A DNA stretch of 64,000 bases. Source: Eledone cirrhosa. Its lineage: Eukaryota. The notes beneath the pieces were generated by a model. The model searched no databases. It saw only the letters and a program-made list of their open reading frames with translations, and was not told the origin of the DNA. Position 1 is the stretch's first letter. Every line of letters begins with the position of its first letter. The stretch lies in contig OZ024740.1 in the NCBI GenBank assembly GCA_964016885.1, forward strand, positions 202,988,001-203,052,000. Direction: 5' to 3'. This document shows, one piece after another, positions 25,358 to 39,545 of the stretch. The translations under genes were made by a program, and so were the position numbers.

Positions 25358-28300
25358 ATTTCTTTATTAGCCACATGGGCGCACAAGAAAAGGGGACAAA
25401 ACAAAGACGTGCCGGGGATTTTACATACAATCGTGTAAAAAAAATATGAAACAAACAATTATAACAATCGAAATCCCCAATACGGGGGAGGCGCCACAAA
25501 TGGGTTGTTTAATACCCCGTCGATAGAACAACCCTCAACTTCAGGAGCGTGTTGTGCAAGTGGACCTTTCTTCCTTTTGCTATCTTCTTCAACCTACAGG
25601 TTTATATACAGAGGGCCCAATCACTCGGACCTCTAGAAGTTGTCCATAGGTCCCGGGCGGAAAGTCCTACCAAACAGACTGGTGAGTTCGTCGTCTTCGA
25701 CGCCTAGAGTCTCTCCGAGCACGTCGTCACCCTTGTGACGTACTAACCCTTTATAGAATGTCGAAGTGGAGACTCCACTGATTGCCGTGCCCGCTTGACA
25801 GAGGACTGTGAGCGCCTGAGCGCATTCAATGTGCCAGGCGCCCATCTTCTTTGGTCTTCGCTTGACCCAGACAAGTTGCGGGAAGGCCTGTCTCACAAAC
25901 GGTGCTCACACCGGTTGGGGGTCGGTGAGGAATACCTGTAGATGCCGTAGCCTCAGCGCATGCTTGCGCATCATCAGCCACAGCATTCCCAGTCCTCCGT
26001 TGGAAGGGTGCTGACAACAGACGGATCTCCTCACCAGTGGAGCCTGCTTCTTCCAAAGGAACTGGAAGAGCATGCGTTCCATCTTGATAAGGTGTTCACA
26101 GGGACAAGGCACGACGGTCAAGCGGTAGTAGATGACGGACGCTATGAAAGTGTTCGCCACCTCCGCTCGACCTTTCAAGGATAGTTTGCACTCTGCCCAC
26201 TTCTGGGTGAGCGCAAATACCTTGACCGTGACCTCGTTCCAGTTTTTCTCCACCTGGAGGTCCGGACCGAATCAAACCCCGACCAATTTCACCGGTCCGT
26301 CCGTCCAGCGTCCGACGACGTTGTCAGACGGCATCGGTTTGCCTCTCTACGTTCCGAGTAGTAGCTCTAGAGTCAGTACGTACAGAATGGAGGAGAGAGG
26401 GCATCCCTGTCGGATGCAAAGCGTGATTGCGAACGGCTCCGATATGTAGCCGTTTACCTTGACCATCGAGCAGTTGTTGGTGTGTATTGCGGTGATCCAG
26501 GCTCTGAAGACGGGTCCGAAACCGGTCGCCTTGAGAACCGCTTCCAAGTATCGATGGTCGACCCTATCGAACGCCTTAGACTGATCTAAATTGATCAGAG
26601 CCCCATCAAAGCCGGGTTTACACACTACCCTCTCTATTATGTATCGCATGAGGTGGAGGTTGTCGTGTATAGACCTGGTCGGGATTGTACACGTTTGCGC
26701 TTTCCCTACCAGGTTCTCGACGACAAGCGCCAACCTCGTTCCCGACACCTTGGCCAAAATCTTTAACTGTGTTGAGCAGAATTATGGGCCTAAAGTTGCT
26801 TAGTTCGTCCCCCTTGTTCTCGTCTTTCCTGATCAGCGTTACTACGCCCCTGCCTGCAGAACTGGGAATTCTTCCGTTCTGCTGCCAGTTGCAGTAGACG
26901 GCCTCGAGGGCGCCAGAGAACAAGTCCGGCATGCCTATGTAAAACTCATAGGGTAGACCATCTAGACCGGGTGATTTGCGTTTCCCGCAGCGGCCCAGAA
27001 CGTCCCGTATCTCAGTGGCTGTGATCGGTCTTTCGCAGAACTCGGCGTCCATGCTCGAGAGACGCGGAAGGCCGACGAGGTATGAACCGAAGTCCATTGC
27101 TCCGTTCGATGCACCACCACCTTGCTCGAACAGTTGCGCAAAGTACCGCTGAAAGGCCGCGCACATCCGCTTGAGGTCAAGTAGTACGCGTGCGTTTTGG
27201 TCTTTCAAAGACAGAATCGTGGACTTGTTGCCACTTTTCGCCTCTGCCACTCGGGCCCAGCTAACAGCTTTCGCTCCCTCGTTTCCTAGAGCACGTGATT
27301 TACTTCTGACCACGCAGCCTTCGTGTTTCGCGTCGAAGAACTGGTCCAGTGCCGTTCTCGTTGGTAGCACTCTAGCTACGTTTCCACTCCTAAGCGCCGT
27401 CTCTACCTTGGCTACTAGTTCCCTTTCTGTTTTGTTTCTCTCTAAGGCAAACTCTCTGCTAAAGTCTATCGACTTTACTCTAATTGCTTTCTTGAGGGAG
27501 TACCACCATCTATTGTTGACGATGGCTCCCGTCAATCTACTTATCCGTTCACTGTAGGCTTTACGTATCGGTAGCGACACGTTCAGCTTCCAGTATCCGT
27601 GTCCTTGTCTATGTATTCTATCGCGGTTGACTATATAGATGACTAGTTTGTGGTCTGAATAGGCAACCATGTGCATTTCTTCCACGTCCACTGTGGTGCA
27701 GTCGGGAAATCCAGTCGATACCTGGCTAGTTGGAATTGGCCGATTAAATTTTTGAGGCTGTTGCACCCCCCTCTACTGGGGCATGATCCTATATAGTCCC
27801 ATCATGCATCTAGGATACCATTCCAGTCCCCCACTAAAAGCAAGGAGCGAGACATTCCCAGGAAAGACACTAGACGCTTAAAGAAATCTGGCCGCGATTG
27901 CCCAGTCGGGGGCATAAACGGCCACCAGTCTGAAGGCTCCACTTCCAACACTGTTCACGTCTAAGTGGACTTGATGTACTTCGAGGTCCAGGTTTTTCCG
28001 AAACATGACAGCTACTCCCCCTCCACCTCCTGGCTGACAAAGAGATGCATAGATCTCAAAGTCATTGAAGATAGGGGTCAGCTGCTGCCTGTTGTCGATC
28101 CTGGACTCGGTGGTGGTTATCACATCCATATCGTGTGACCTAAGGTCGTTTAAAATTGGCCCTGTTTCCAGGGCATCCCTAAGCCACGCACATTCACACT
28201 TCCAGCTCGTAAATTAGCCATGTTGGTGGAGAAGAGTTGGCAAAAATGGACGAAAAGATGCACTTACCTTTTCGTTTCCTGGAGATCGGGTTGTTCGATC

Positions 28301-30450
28301 TCCATTTGGGTGTTGGAGGGGGTGTTGGGTGGGGTGGGGAACCATTTTAACAGGACACGGTTGATTGGTTTCTGGCACGGGTTGCCCACGTCCTGCGAAA
28401 ATTTATTCTTCAGGTCACTATAGGTCTCCATAGAAACCCTTATAAGTTTAAGGTGTGGAGACGAATCCGCCTTCACAAAAGTGTTACCCTCGGTTTCCAC
28501 CTTGGGGTTTTGGGAGATGACCTCCATCAAACCCTTGTTGTTTGTGTTGACGTATGCGTATTGTCTGTGTTTTTGTTTGTTGTTCGTTCGGGAGTTTTCT
28601 TTTTATGGTGGGTGCTTGTGTTTGGGGTGGTGTTGGTGCTGGTTTTGCTGGTAGAGGGATGTTTGACTGTGGTGTTGTTTGTGTTGTTGTTTGTGTCTGT
28701 CGTTGTGTGTTGGTGTTAGTGATTGGAGTTTTGGGGGTTTTGTGGTGTCTCTTTTTTTTGTTTTTTGGATTTCCAGAGCTCTCCTTCTTCTTCACTTAAA
28801 GAAGGAGAAGCAGCCTCATCTATTAATGAATAATCATCGTCAGCAGTGTGGAGTAGGGGTATGTTGTGTGGTGATGGTGTTTCGGTGTGTGTGTTTGTGG
28901 TAGTGTTTGATGGAGTGGGATGGGGTGGGTCTCTGTTCTTCGGGGTAGTTGTTTGTGTTTTTCCTGCTGTTGTTGGTTGAGTGGCTGTTTGTTTTGGTGT
29001 TTGCTTGTTTCGTGTGTTGTTGTTGTGGTGGTGGTGGTTTTGGTGTTGGTGTTGGTAACAGTGTTTTCTTTTGGATTGTTTTGTTTGAGCGTGTTTGTAA
29101 AGGGCAGGAGGCCTTTAGATGTGTGGTGCTATTACAACGAAAGCAATGTGGTTTTCTGCCTTCAACCGAAATGCTTATGTGGCTGTTGTTGTCCACCAGC
29201 ACTTTTTCGGGTATTTTGGAGATTCTCTCCGGGCTCATTTGCACCAGAATCTCCAAATTTGTACCAGACCACGTGTGTCTGGTTGACTTTTTGATGGAGA
29301 GAATGGTGTCTTGTTCCTCCTCTAAAAATTCTACCAATATCCACCAAATATTAATATTTGGTGGTATGTTTGCAATTCTGATCTTCTGAGTTCTTTTTCC
29401 CAGGTATGTAGGAGAAAAGGTGTATTTTTTTGACAGTATTGGCGTCACTGAATATTTCTGTGCAAGGGCCTTGCTTTTGAGGTGTACCGAAATACTCCCA
29501 TACTGTTTGACCCTCTGCATAAAGTCAATGTTTGGCAATATCTCCTTCAAGGTTGCCTCAATTTCCCCTTGACGGAGGAATGCCGGTCTTTTTGTTTCTG
29601 AAGCTAACTGTCCTTCGAAATGTTTCAAGACGAATTTCTGGAGGTGAGTTTATTTGAAACCCACCGTTTCACCGAAAATGGTAAACTCCTTTTCTTCAGA
29701 GAGCATCTGTCTCGCATTGGAGATATTGAGATCCTTGAACTCTTATTTCTTGATGACTGTTTGCGCAAAAGTTATTTTTTTTTGTGTTGTTGTTATTGTT
29801 GCTGTGGTTGTGGATTTTTCCGTTTGTAGTGTCAATCGTTTTATTTTCTGTTGTTTATCTGTTGCTTTTGGTGTCAGTTGTACACTGTGCGGTTCAATCT
29901 TGTTTTTATTATTGTTGTCCATATTGGCTTCCATAGTGACGCCAATACATGCGGAGTTTGAGATAACGTTAACTTTGCTTTTCATCCTTACGGGGTAGAT
30001 AAAATAAAGTACCAGTAATATACTGTGTAATTGCTGGCCTTGTGCCAAAAGTAGAAACGATTATTATTTGTGACTGTTTCTGTAAAAGTTATTTTTTTGT
30101 GTTGTTGTTGTTGTGGTTGTCGGTTTTTCCGTTTGTAGTTGTGTCAATTGTTTTTTTCTGTTGTTTTTGGTGTCTGATGTACACTGAATGGTTCAATTTT
30201 GTTTGTGTTGTCTACTTCACTTTCGTTAAACAAAACTTTGTTGTCACTACATTGATACAGGAAAAGCTCTCAGCAACGTTAAAGTCTACTTTTTCTTTTC
30301 TTTTTCCTTCCTCAACGTTCGCTAGCGTTCTTTGTACGCTTGCCATTGCTGATGGCAAAATATTAACAATTTTCTTAACAGTTTTCAAATTAGTTTCAAA
30401 TTAAATTTTCGCCCCAGTGGGGGCGAAAAATGAGATTGCCACCCAGCTGA
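25358..30450 (-). mobile_element. Near full-length, degenerate Tx1/L1-clade LINE (ORF1 + APE-RT ORF2) ending in (TC)n
   Basis: ORF1 28840-29628 with CCHC knuckle CFRCNSTTHLKASC; APE motifs (SVNVRGL, AYSDHKLV); GYWKLN; KSPGLDGLPYEFY; RT LDQSKAFDRVDH, RQGCPLS; the YADD segment and part of the 3' end are deleted. Confidence 0.9.
29950..30065 (+). mobile_element. Partial SINE family A inside the LINE 5' region
   Basis: aactttgcttttcatccttacggggtagataaaataaagtaccag...gtagaaacgattatt; flanked by diverged duplicated blocks (about 29752-29910 and 30066-30215). Confidence 0.75.
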
Positions 30451-30581
30451 CAATTCAACCTGGCGGATAGTCTACAAAACAATGTGTTTTTTTAAACAAG
30501 AATTTCTGTTTTTTGTAAATAAATTGACAGAAATTTACCAGCAAAATTGTATGCGTCCAGCTACCAAGATAGATAGATAGA

Positions 30582-33500
30582 TAAATTTCTTGATTAGCCA
30601 CAAGGGCACAAAAGAAGGGGACAAATACAAATGGGAAGTTTACATACAGGTATATGAAAATAAAACTATTAATAAAATAACAAATAACAATTGATATCCC
30701 CAATAGGGGGGGGGGTACACAGGGGTTGTACACACCCCGAAAAAATGTACAACCCTCATCTCCAGGAGCACCAAGAGTGAGTACTCCCTTCCTCTCTTCC
30801 TCTTTTTCCGCAACCTACAGGCTTATATAGAGAGAAGGCCCAACCACTTGGTCCATCTTTGCCACATTCACCCACCTTTTATAAAATTTGCTGGGGTACA
30901 GCACCTCTCTCTCTCCATCCTGATTCTTCTTCCAAAATGATATTTGAGAAAACGAATCAGTTATTCGCCGGAGAGAAAAGTGTCTGACCTCAGCCCTTTT
31001 AACCTCGTCCACCGTATAACCTCTTTCACCATAGCCATAACACATAGGAAAACCGCCTCTCCTTCGTTTTTGAAGGAGAGTGGCGGTTTGATCATGACAA
31101 TGGACTCGGTGGTCAACTGGATTGGTCCCACCCGCGACAAAAGTCGTTCTACATAGCCCCACAGGACGATAACGCCCGGGCAGTGTACAAAAGCGTGCGC
31201 GACGGTTTCCTCGTTGCGCACGCATCTCGGACAGAATTTTTCGAAGGGTCCCTGCTCGGGCGCCCGTGTCTGTAGAGCTTGTCTGGAACTGGTAGAGCTC
31301 GTCAGTAGCACTGCCAGGCCAGGGACTTTTGGAAGTTGTCCATCGGTCCGGAGCTAAAGGTCCTACCGAACAGACTGGCCAGTTCGTTCTCCTCTACGCC
31401 TAGAGCTTCTCCGAGCGCGTCGTCGCACTTGCTACGGACCAACTCTCTATAGAATGACGAAGTGGAGTCTCCACTGATCGCCGGGTCCGTTTGCCAGAGG
31501 GCTGTGAGCGCCTGAGCACATTCGATGTGCCAGTCGCCCATTTTACTCGGTCTTTGCTTGACCCAGGACTGCAGCTCGGTCAGCGAGACGAGTCGTGGGA
31601 ATGCTCGCCTCAGGAACGGGGCCCACACCGGTTGTCCGGTGAGGAATACGTGGAGATGCCGCAGCCTGAGCGCGTGTTTGCGCATCGTCAGCCACGGCAT
31701 CTCCAGCCCTCCGTTAGAAGGGTGTTGGCAGCAGATGGATCTTCTCACCAAAGGAGCCCGTTTCTTCCAAAAGAATTGGAAGAGCGCGCGCTTCATTTTG
31801 GTGAGCGTTTTGGCTGGACAAGGCACGACGGTCAAGCGGTAGTAGATTACGAACGCTATAAAAGTGTTCGCCACCTCCACTCGACCTTTCAAGGATAGTT
31901 TGCACTCAGCTCACTTCTGGGTGAGTGCAAACACCTTGGCCGTCCACTCGTTCCAGTTCTTCTCCACCTGGAGGTCCGTACCAAACCAGACCCCGAGCAG
32001 CTTTACCGGTCCTTCCGTCCAGCCTCCGATGACGCCATCGGAAGGCATCGGTTTGCCTCTCCACGTTCCGAGTTGCAAACCGACGGATTTGTCCCGGTTC
32101 AGCTTCGCTCCTGTGAACCTTTCGTATTCCTTCAGTAAGGTGCCGAGCTCCCCGATTTGCGAGGTGCTCGACACCATTACTGTCACGTCGTCGACTTTTC
32201 GCAGTCCCGGTTCCAAAGGGATGCCCTGCAATAGCTCCAACTTCCGCAGTAGTGGCTCGAGAGTCATTACGTACAGAAGAGAGGAGAGAGGGCATCCCTG
32301 TCGGATGGATCGCGTGATATGGGACGGCTCCGAGAGGTAGCCGTTCACCTTGACCCTTGAGCAGATGTTGCTGCTGTGCATTGCAGCAATCCAGCCCCTG
32401 AACACAGGTCCGAAGCCTGCCGCCTTGAGCACCGCATCCAGGTACCGATGGTCAACCCTATCAGTCTTAGACTGATCCAAGTTGATCAGGGCCCCACCGA
32501 AGCCGGGTTTACACCCTACCCTCTCTATGATGTATCGCATGAGGTGGAAGTTGTCGTGTATGGACCTGGTCGGGATTGCGCATGTCTGCGCTTCTGTCAC
32601 CAGGTTTTCGACGAGAAACGCCAGCCTCTTTGCCAACACCTTGGCCAAAATCTGTAACTCTGTGTTTAGCAGAGTTATGGGCCGGAAGTTGCCTATGTCA
32701 TCCCCCTTATTCTCGTCCTTCCTGACTAAGGTGACTACGCCCTTGGTCACAGAACTGGGAATTCTCCCGTTCTGCTGCCAGTTGCAGTAGGCCGCTTCCA
32801 GGAGACCGGAGAACAAGTCCGGCATTGCTACGTAAAATTCGTATGGTAAACCGTCGAGACCTGGAGATTTGCGTTTGCCGCATTGGCTCAGTGCGTCCCC
32901 TATCTCAGCGGCCGAAATCGGTCTTTCGCAGAACTTCGCCTCGCTGTCCGAGAGTCGCGGCAGGCCGTCAAGGTATGGACCGAAATCCATAGCCCCCCCC
33001 CCCCCCCCCCCGGCGCGGCGCCCTGCCCGAACAGTTGAGCAAAGTGCCGCTGAAAGGCCGCGCACATTTGCTTCGGCTCACGTATCATGCATCCATCTTG
33101 GTTCTTCAAAGACCGAATCGTGGACTTGTTGCCACTTTTCGCCTCCGTCACCCGGGCCCAGCGAACAGCTTTGGCTCCCTCGTTTCCCAGAGCACGTATT
33201 TTGCTGCTGACAACGCAGCCTTCATGCTTTGCGTCGAAGAACTGGTCCAAGGCCGTTCTCGTCGCTAGCTACGTTGCCACTCCTACGTGCCTCTTCTACT
33301 TTATTTACCAGTTCATTTTCGGTCTTATTTCTATCTAACACTAATTCTTTACTAAAACCTATCGAGTCTAATCTAACTGCCCTCTTGAGAGAGTACCACC
33401 ATCTGTTGTTGACAATGGCCCCCGTCAAGTGCTGCTTAACTAAAGTGCTAATCCGTCTACTGTAGGCTTTGCATGTCGGTAACGACGAGTTCAGCTTCCA

Positions 33501-33994
33501 GTAGTCGGGTCCCTGTCTATGGGTTCTGTCAAGGTTGACTAAGCAGGTCACTAGTTTGTGATCTGAATAAGCAACCATGGACATTTGTGGACAGCTTAAC
33601 ATGTCCCTATCACTAACTCTAACTAGAAACCTATCTAGGTACGATCTAGATGTTCCGCTGTGGTTGGTCCACGTCCACAGTGGCACAGTTGGAAAATCTA
33701 GTCGATATCTATCGGCCAGTTGAAATCGGCCGATTAACTGTTTGAGGCTGTTACACCCCCTCTATCGGGACATGCTCCCACATAGTCCCAACGTGCATCT
33801 ACGATTCCATTCCAGTCCCCCACTAACAGCAGGGAGCGGCACGTTCCCAGAAAAGTCTCTAAACGTTTGAATAAGTCTGGCTGCGGTGTCCCGGATGGGG
33901 CATATGCGGCCACCAGCCTGAAGGCTCCACCTTCACTACCGTCAACGTCTAGGACCACCAGTCGACCCTCCGGGTCCAGATGTATCGTCTGTGT
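30582..33994 (-). mobile_element. Second Tx1/L1-clade LINE, 5'-truncated within the endonuclease, with 14-bp TSD
   Basis: APE (LVGDWN, SYLDRFLV, AYSDHKLV), RT (FRPITLLN, RQGCPLS, degenerate VDDVTV), C-terminal CPRC..EETVAHAFVHC; taccaagatagata at 30562-30575 and 33995-34008. Confidence 0.92.
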
Positions 33995-35014
33995 TACCAA
34001 GATAGATATATAGATAGACAGATAGATAGGTAGATTTATATCAGAAAGTGTGTGGTAAAAAACAGGTAGACCATAACCCACCAGAGTACTCGATACTTAG
34101 GGTAGTAGAGTGAGTAATATGAAAAGATTCTTTAATGATGTTTCTGAATATACTTTTGATGTCTGTAATATTTCTTCCTAATAGACTATATAGACATTAT
34201 AAATTCATACATATAAATGTATATATCATTAACATATGCATAGATATAAGGAATGCTATCTAAATACATATATAAAAGAATTTTTATCTTAAAAAATATG
34301 TAATATATGATACTATAAAATCATATATAAAATAATATATAAAATTCTTTTACATATATTTTATATATATCTTAATTAGAATATTTTTTAAAAAGTAAAT
34401 TCTAGAATAAACGGTAAATATAACTTAACTATTTTAACTAAGAAATATTGTAACACGCTTACACATTTCTTCTAAGTAACAACTAAACTTTACATAAATA
34501 TTAAAATTTTTTTGTATAATTTCGTTAAATGTATTCCTATCTTGATGTAACTATTGAATGTGCAAAATAATCTTCTATAATAAAATAGAACTACTTCCTT
34601 TTTCTTAAATATATATTGAAAATGTAAACAAGAAATTCACCGTAACTCTCCACATATAAAAAATATGTAACTTATCTATCTATTACTAAAAACAACATAT
34701 ATACTCACCAAAATTATTTATATAAATATTTATATAAATAACCTGTTGTAATATAATAAAATAAAATATACTTACAACCCTAATTCTTCATAAAATATAC
34801 TTATAAATATTATCTCTATAATATTAAAACTCACTATTAGAATAGACCCAATAATTAGTAGTATCTCTCACTTTTTAAAATTGATATTCTACCACTTCAA
34901 CACATTCATATTATATTATAGATACTACCAAAATATATAATTATATAATTAAATAAATTAATTAATATAATTATTTCACACCATCACTAATACAATCCAT
35001 ACATTTATATATTA

Positions 35015-35192
35015 ATAATTGTTTCTACTTTTGGCACAAGGCCAGCAATTACCCAGTGCATTACTGGTACTTTATTTTATCGACCCCGTAAGGATGAAAG
35101 GCAAAGTTAACCTCGGCGGGATTTGAACTCAGAATGGCAAGAACCGTAACTCTATGCGTCAAAGCATGGCGTCCGACCCTCTACCGATACTG
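35015..35192 (-). mobile_element. SINE family A
   Basis: Reverse complement of the 14133-14309 type sequence. Confidence 0.88.
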
Positions 35193-35480
35193 TCAAAATA
35201 GTCTATTTCTAACTATAATATACTTTTTTCTTATATTCTTTCCTTAAATTTTCTTACACCCTAATATTCATATTAACCTCTCTCTCTTCTTCCCTTAAAA
35301 AATAACTCTAATAATTATTTAAATTTACCTAGCGTCTAAATATAACGATCTTTTTCAACTTTACGTTATCCTTATTAACATATTCATCCTAAGATTTGAA
35401 TGTCTTTCACTATTCAAACAGAACTTAAAACGATAAATTCTTGTTTTTGGGATATGTCACTATCTATAAAACAACTTTTG

Positions 35481-35542
35481 TATTTTATCTGATGAGAGCG
35501 TACCAAACATTTTGGTATCCTTGAAATATATATAATAAAATA
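35481..35542 (+). ncRNA. Minimal type I hammerhead at the end of an AT-rich pLTR-like region (about 34130-35570)
   Basis: tattttat CTGATGA gagcgtaccaaa-cat-tttggtatcctt GAAA tatata TA ataaaata; 35569-35599 is an inverted copy of its 5' half. Confidence 0.85.
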
Positions 35543-35593
35543 AATATGGTTTTATAAAGATAGTTTCCAATGTTTGGTACGCTCTCATCAGAT

Positions 35594-35696
<103 letters not shown>

Positions 35697-36575
35697 CCGA
35701 GGCAATCTCTTGGTTCCAAGAATTGCCCGATAAACGCTACACTCGCTTTCTACAAATCGACATAGAAGACTACTACGCTTCTATCTCAGAGCCTCTATTG
35801 AAGGATGCACTTGCTTTTGCCAGGAATTTTATCACCATAACCGACGCTGAGCAGGATGTGATCCTCCACGCCCGTAACCTTTCTACACTACGAGGGTTCT
35901 TACTGGATTAACAAGAAGTCTCAGACCCCTTTTGACGTCAGCATGGGAGCAAGTGACTCGGCCTAAGTTAGCGATCTCGTGGGCCTGTACATCTTATACC
36001 ACCCGAATAACCTCTTCACGGGCCTAACCGGAGAACTATACCGAGATGATGGCCTTTTCGCCTTGCACAAAGTAAACCCCAGAACCACTGATGGGTTTCG
36101 GGGAAACTTAAGCTCGTTCTTTCGTAATCTAGGATTTAGAATAACCATAGAATCAAATATGAGTAGGGCCAACCTTTTAGATGTCACTCTCGACTTAGAT
36201 ACTTCCCTCTATTACCAGTACCACAAACCTAACGAATCCCTCAGATATATAAATGTTAATTCGAACCACCCCAAAAACATTACAGATAACTTAGTTAAAA
36301 ACGTCTCACTCAGAATTTCCGGCCTCTCGGCCAATGAAGATATCTTTAGCACCTTTGCCCCTTACTACAACGACGCCCTCGCCCGCTGTGGCTGTAAAGA
36401 AAAGATTACTTATCTAGATACCACCCCAAAACTACCTTGGAGAAATAGGCATAGGCAGATTAGTTGGTACAACCCCCCCTTCAATAGAGAGGTTTCTACA
36501 CCTATATCTAGGACTTTCTTCATACATATTCATTGTTGAATACACACTCCTCCACACAACATAGGTACTACACTA
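35697..36575 (+). mobile_element. Naiad-like PLE RT fragment (pseudogene)
   Basis: [59 protein letters not shown]. Confidence 0.85.
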
Positions 36576-36949
36576 TCTTTCGCGAGTGTGTGGGGGTGAG
36601 GGCTTTATGTATGTGCGGGTGTGAATGTGTTAGTAGACAACTGAACATAGGCATTGTTAGCTTAAGTGAACCTTAAAAATCAGGAGTGGCGCCTCCAAAG
36701 TGAACCTGTCTATAAAATTCTTTCTGCCTTTGTTATTCTAAATATAGTTTTTGAAGAATTCCCTTTTCTTTAAAACCATCAATCAATGTCCTCCACCCAT
36801 CCCAATCACTACCCTTTCCTACCAGCAAAAAAGATATAAATACCACAATACAACCGTATGAACGCGCATGCGTAGAAACGGTCACTTCAGCCAAGCGATA
36901 CAATGCCACGGGCGAAAGGTGTAAGGGAGATAACTGCGAAAGTCCGAAA

Positions 36950-37600
36950 AGTAGTTCGAGTTGATAAGAAAATTAGAATGTTGTTATTCAATCCGGATCT
37001 TTGAAGTTATGTAAGAGGTGTTTCCAAATATGTGGACAACGTGTGAAGATTTCATTTCTTGTATTTAGAAAATCGCTATTGCGTCATCTCCTTAGAATAT
37101 TTATCCGTTCATCAATACATAGTTCACAAGAGGGATTGCCCCTTGCGAATGGCTTGGACTTAGTGATGGCTTTCCATTGAATGGAGTAGTCTATACCTGA
37201 GTCTTTGAGGGACTATACTTGACTCGCGAGTTTCGTGGATGATCGTTTGTCCGGGTACCTAAAGGTCGACTGTTGGTTCAGGAAGCGTTCCTTAAATCGG
37301 CCCTCCGCCATACCCACATATGATTTGACCTCCTGTGGTTCATTTGGTCGGTTGGAAGTGACCACAGCTTCATAAACTGCAGCGGGTGTGTTGCATTCTG
37401 TTGAAGAGGACAAGCTTCAGGCTTGCGGCAAGAGCACCCTGGTGGGGTGCTGCTCTTAGGGCTGTTGGGGATGTGGGCCTTCATATTCTTAGCGCAGGAG
37501 TACGCTAGTTTTACTCTGTGTCTGTTAAAGATGGAGCGGTATTTCTGACCCATGGGAAAGTGTCTATTTAAGACATAGTGGCCACTTGGTAATACATTGC
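36950..37600 (-). mobile_element. Naiad-like PLE GIY-YIG fragment (pseudogene)
   Basis: IFNRHRVKLAYSC, CSCRKPEACPL, AVYEAVV..YVGMAEGRFKERF, CELCIDER..FLNTRNEIFTRCPH. Confidence 0.85.
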
Positions 37601-37954
37601 ACATCTCCAGTCAATCTATGAGGAGTGAGAGTGGGGGGGGGGATACGACGTTTCGGACATAAGCCCTTCATCATATATATGCAGAAACAGGACTGGCTAA
37701 TTGGATTTCAATAAAAACCAATAATGGAACCCATGGGGACATCTTTACAATGGAGGAGGAAAGAGAAGACGTTTCAGTGAGAGAGAGGGAAGAGAAGATA
37801 CTACTACTGTATGTTAAACCCTCCCTCCCACTACTACCCTTCCTCCTCCCACAACTCTGTCCTCCAAAACGAGGCAACACTTATTAGAAATATACATAAA
37901 GAAATTTCAAACACAGACGACAATCTAATTTTGGTTGACGACTGAACAGATGTC

Positions 37955-38022
<68 letters not shown>

Positions 38023-39152
38023 ATCCACTGATATGGATTCTGAACAGGTGCACACGCTTAGGTCACATTAAGGTCACTGCAGGAATCGGTGATAAGTTAC
38101 AAAAAAGTGTGATGATCGATGACCTGGAAGTTGGCTTATCATGAGATTAGTCCGGAGAATAAAACCCAAATCGTATGTTGACGAATATTCGTACTCCCGG
38201 CATGTTAATTGTAACATGCCGTCTTTGAGAGTAGAGTTTATTTTGTTGATATTTTGAGGTGTCGGATCGTGGGAAGATTAACACGAATTAAGAAGATGTA
38301 ACTTCTCTCCCATTATTGACACTTTGCAACAGTGAACGTTACAAGGCCCTCTTTAGGGCCAACACTTCTGATTGTTTATCCGACTTATGGTGTTTTCTCA
38401 AGTTATGTCTACTATAGGGGGAAAACGGGATGGTTTTATTGAATTGCTTCAGTCATTCGAAGGGCTTTACAAACGGTGATAAACAGGGTGAATATGTTCA
38501 CTTGTTTATAATAGTACCTGAATATGTTCACTTGTTTATAATTTCTTCAATAATTGCGATGACTTCATCAATTGTTCTGTGTCTGTTCTTGAGCGCTAAG
38601 GCAGTAAGTTTGCTATTCTTATACATAAGTTTGTTGAATAAGTTCGATACTCTTAGGCGCTCAAACTTCCCCGGCTTATTCACTGTGAATGAAGAAAGCT
38701 GGATGGCAGAAGGACTTATGACTTAAACAGCTATTGATAGTTCCACAAAAAAAAAATTGATCTGCCAAAAACACACCTAATAAAGGTTGCTATTGAAAAT
38801 CCAGTATGGGGACCCAGGGTCACTAGCATTTTCAGGCTCACCCTGGGAACTGCGAATAACCCCACCTTTCCCAGGTATTGCAGCTAGTATACCCTTTTTT
38901 TTTTACAGCCGACCATGTTATTCTTCACTCTTTCACTAGTCACTATTATTACTCAAAGAATAACCTGCATGAGAATTCTCGCAAACTCGCTGCCTAACTA
39001 AGGAAACCTCTTGTTGAGTCAAACAACGCCGTACGTTAAAACTATCCATAGTACGGAGTACTCACAGCCTCTAACTGGATTACCTAAAACGATAACTTGT
39101 TATCCCATATATATATATTTATGTGTGTGTATGTATGTAAACACACACACAT

Positions 39153-39187
<35 letters not shown>

Positions 39188-39313
39188 CTTAATACATTAA
39201 CAGAGAAAGCTATTAGCGATACTCCGACCAACTTCCATCTCACTCAACAAACATTAGGAAATACCTAAGTATATTCCCAATTATACGTTTGGGGTGCTAA
39301 CTATATTGTATTA

Positions 39314-39492
39314 TGGCAGTATCGGTAGAGGGTCGGACGCCATGCTTTCCAGCATAGTTACGTCCCTTTACGATCTGAGTTCAAATCCCGCCGAGATTGA
39401 CTTTGCCTTTCATCGTTACGGGGTCGATAAAATAAAGTACCAGTAATGCACTGGGTAATTGCTGGCCTTGTGCCAAAAGTAGAAACAATTAT
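39314..39492 (+). mobile_element. SINE family A
   Basis: tggcagtatcggtagagggtcggac...gtagaaacaattat. Confidence 0.88.
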
Positions 39493-39545
39493 GTGGAAAG
39501 TCGGCTGTATTATTTTATATGAGACATAATTAAATAAATCTCACT

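Noticed and set aside
34130-35010. Mitochondrial insertion (very AT-rich tract)
   Set aside because: No recognisable mitochondrial gene or tRNA; it leads into an HHR of the 45310 family, so a pLTR origin is more likely.
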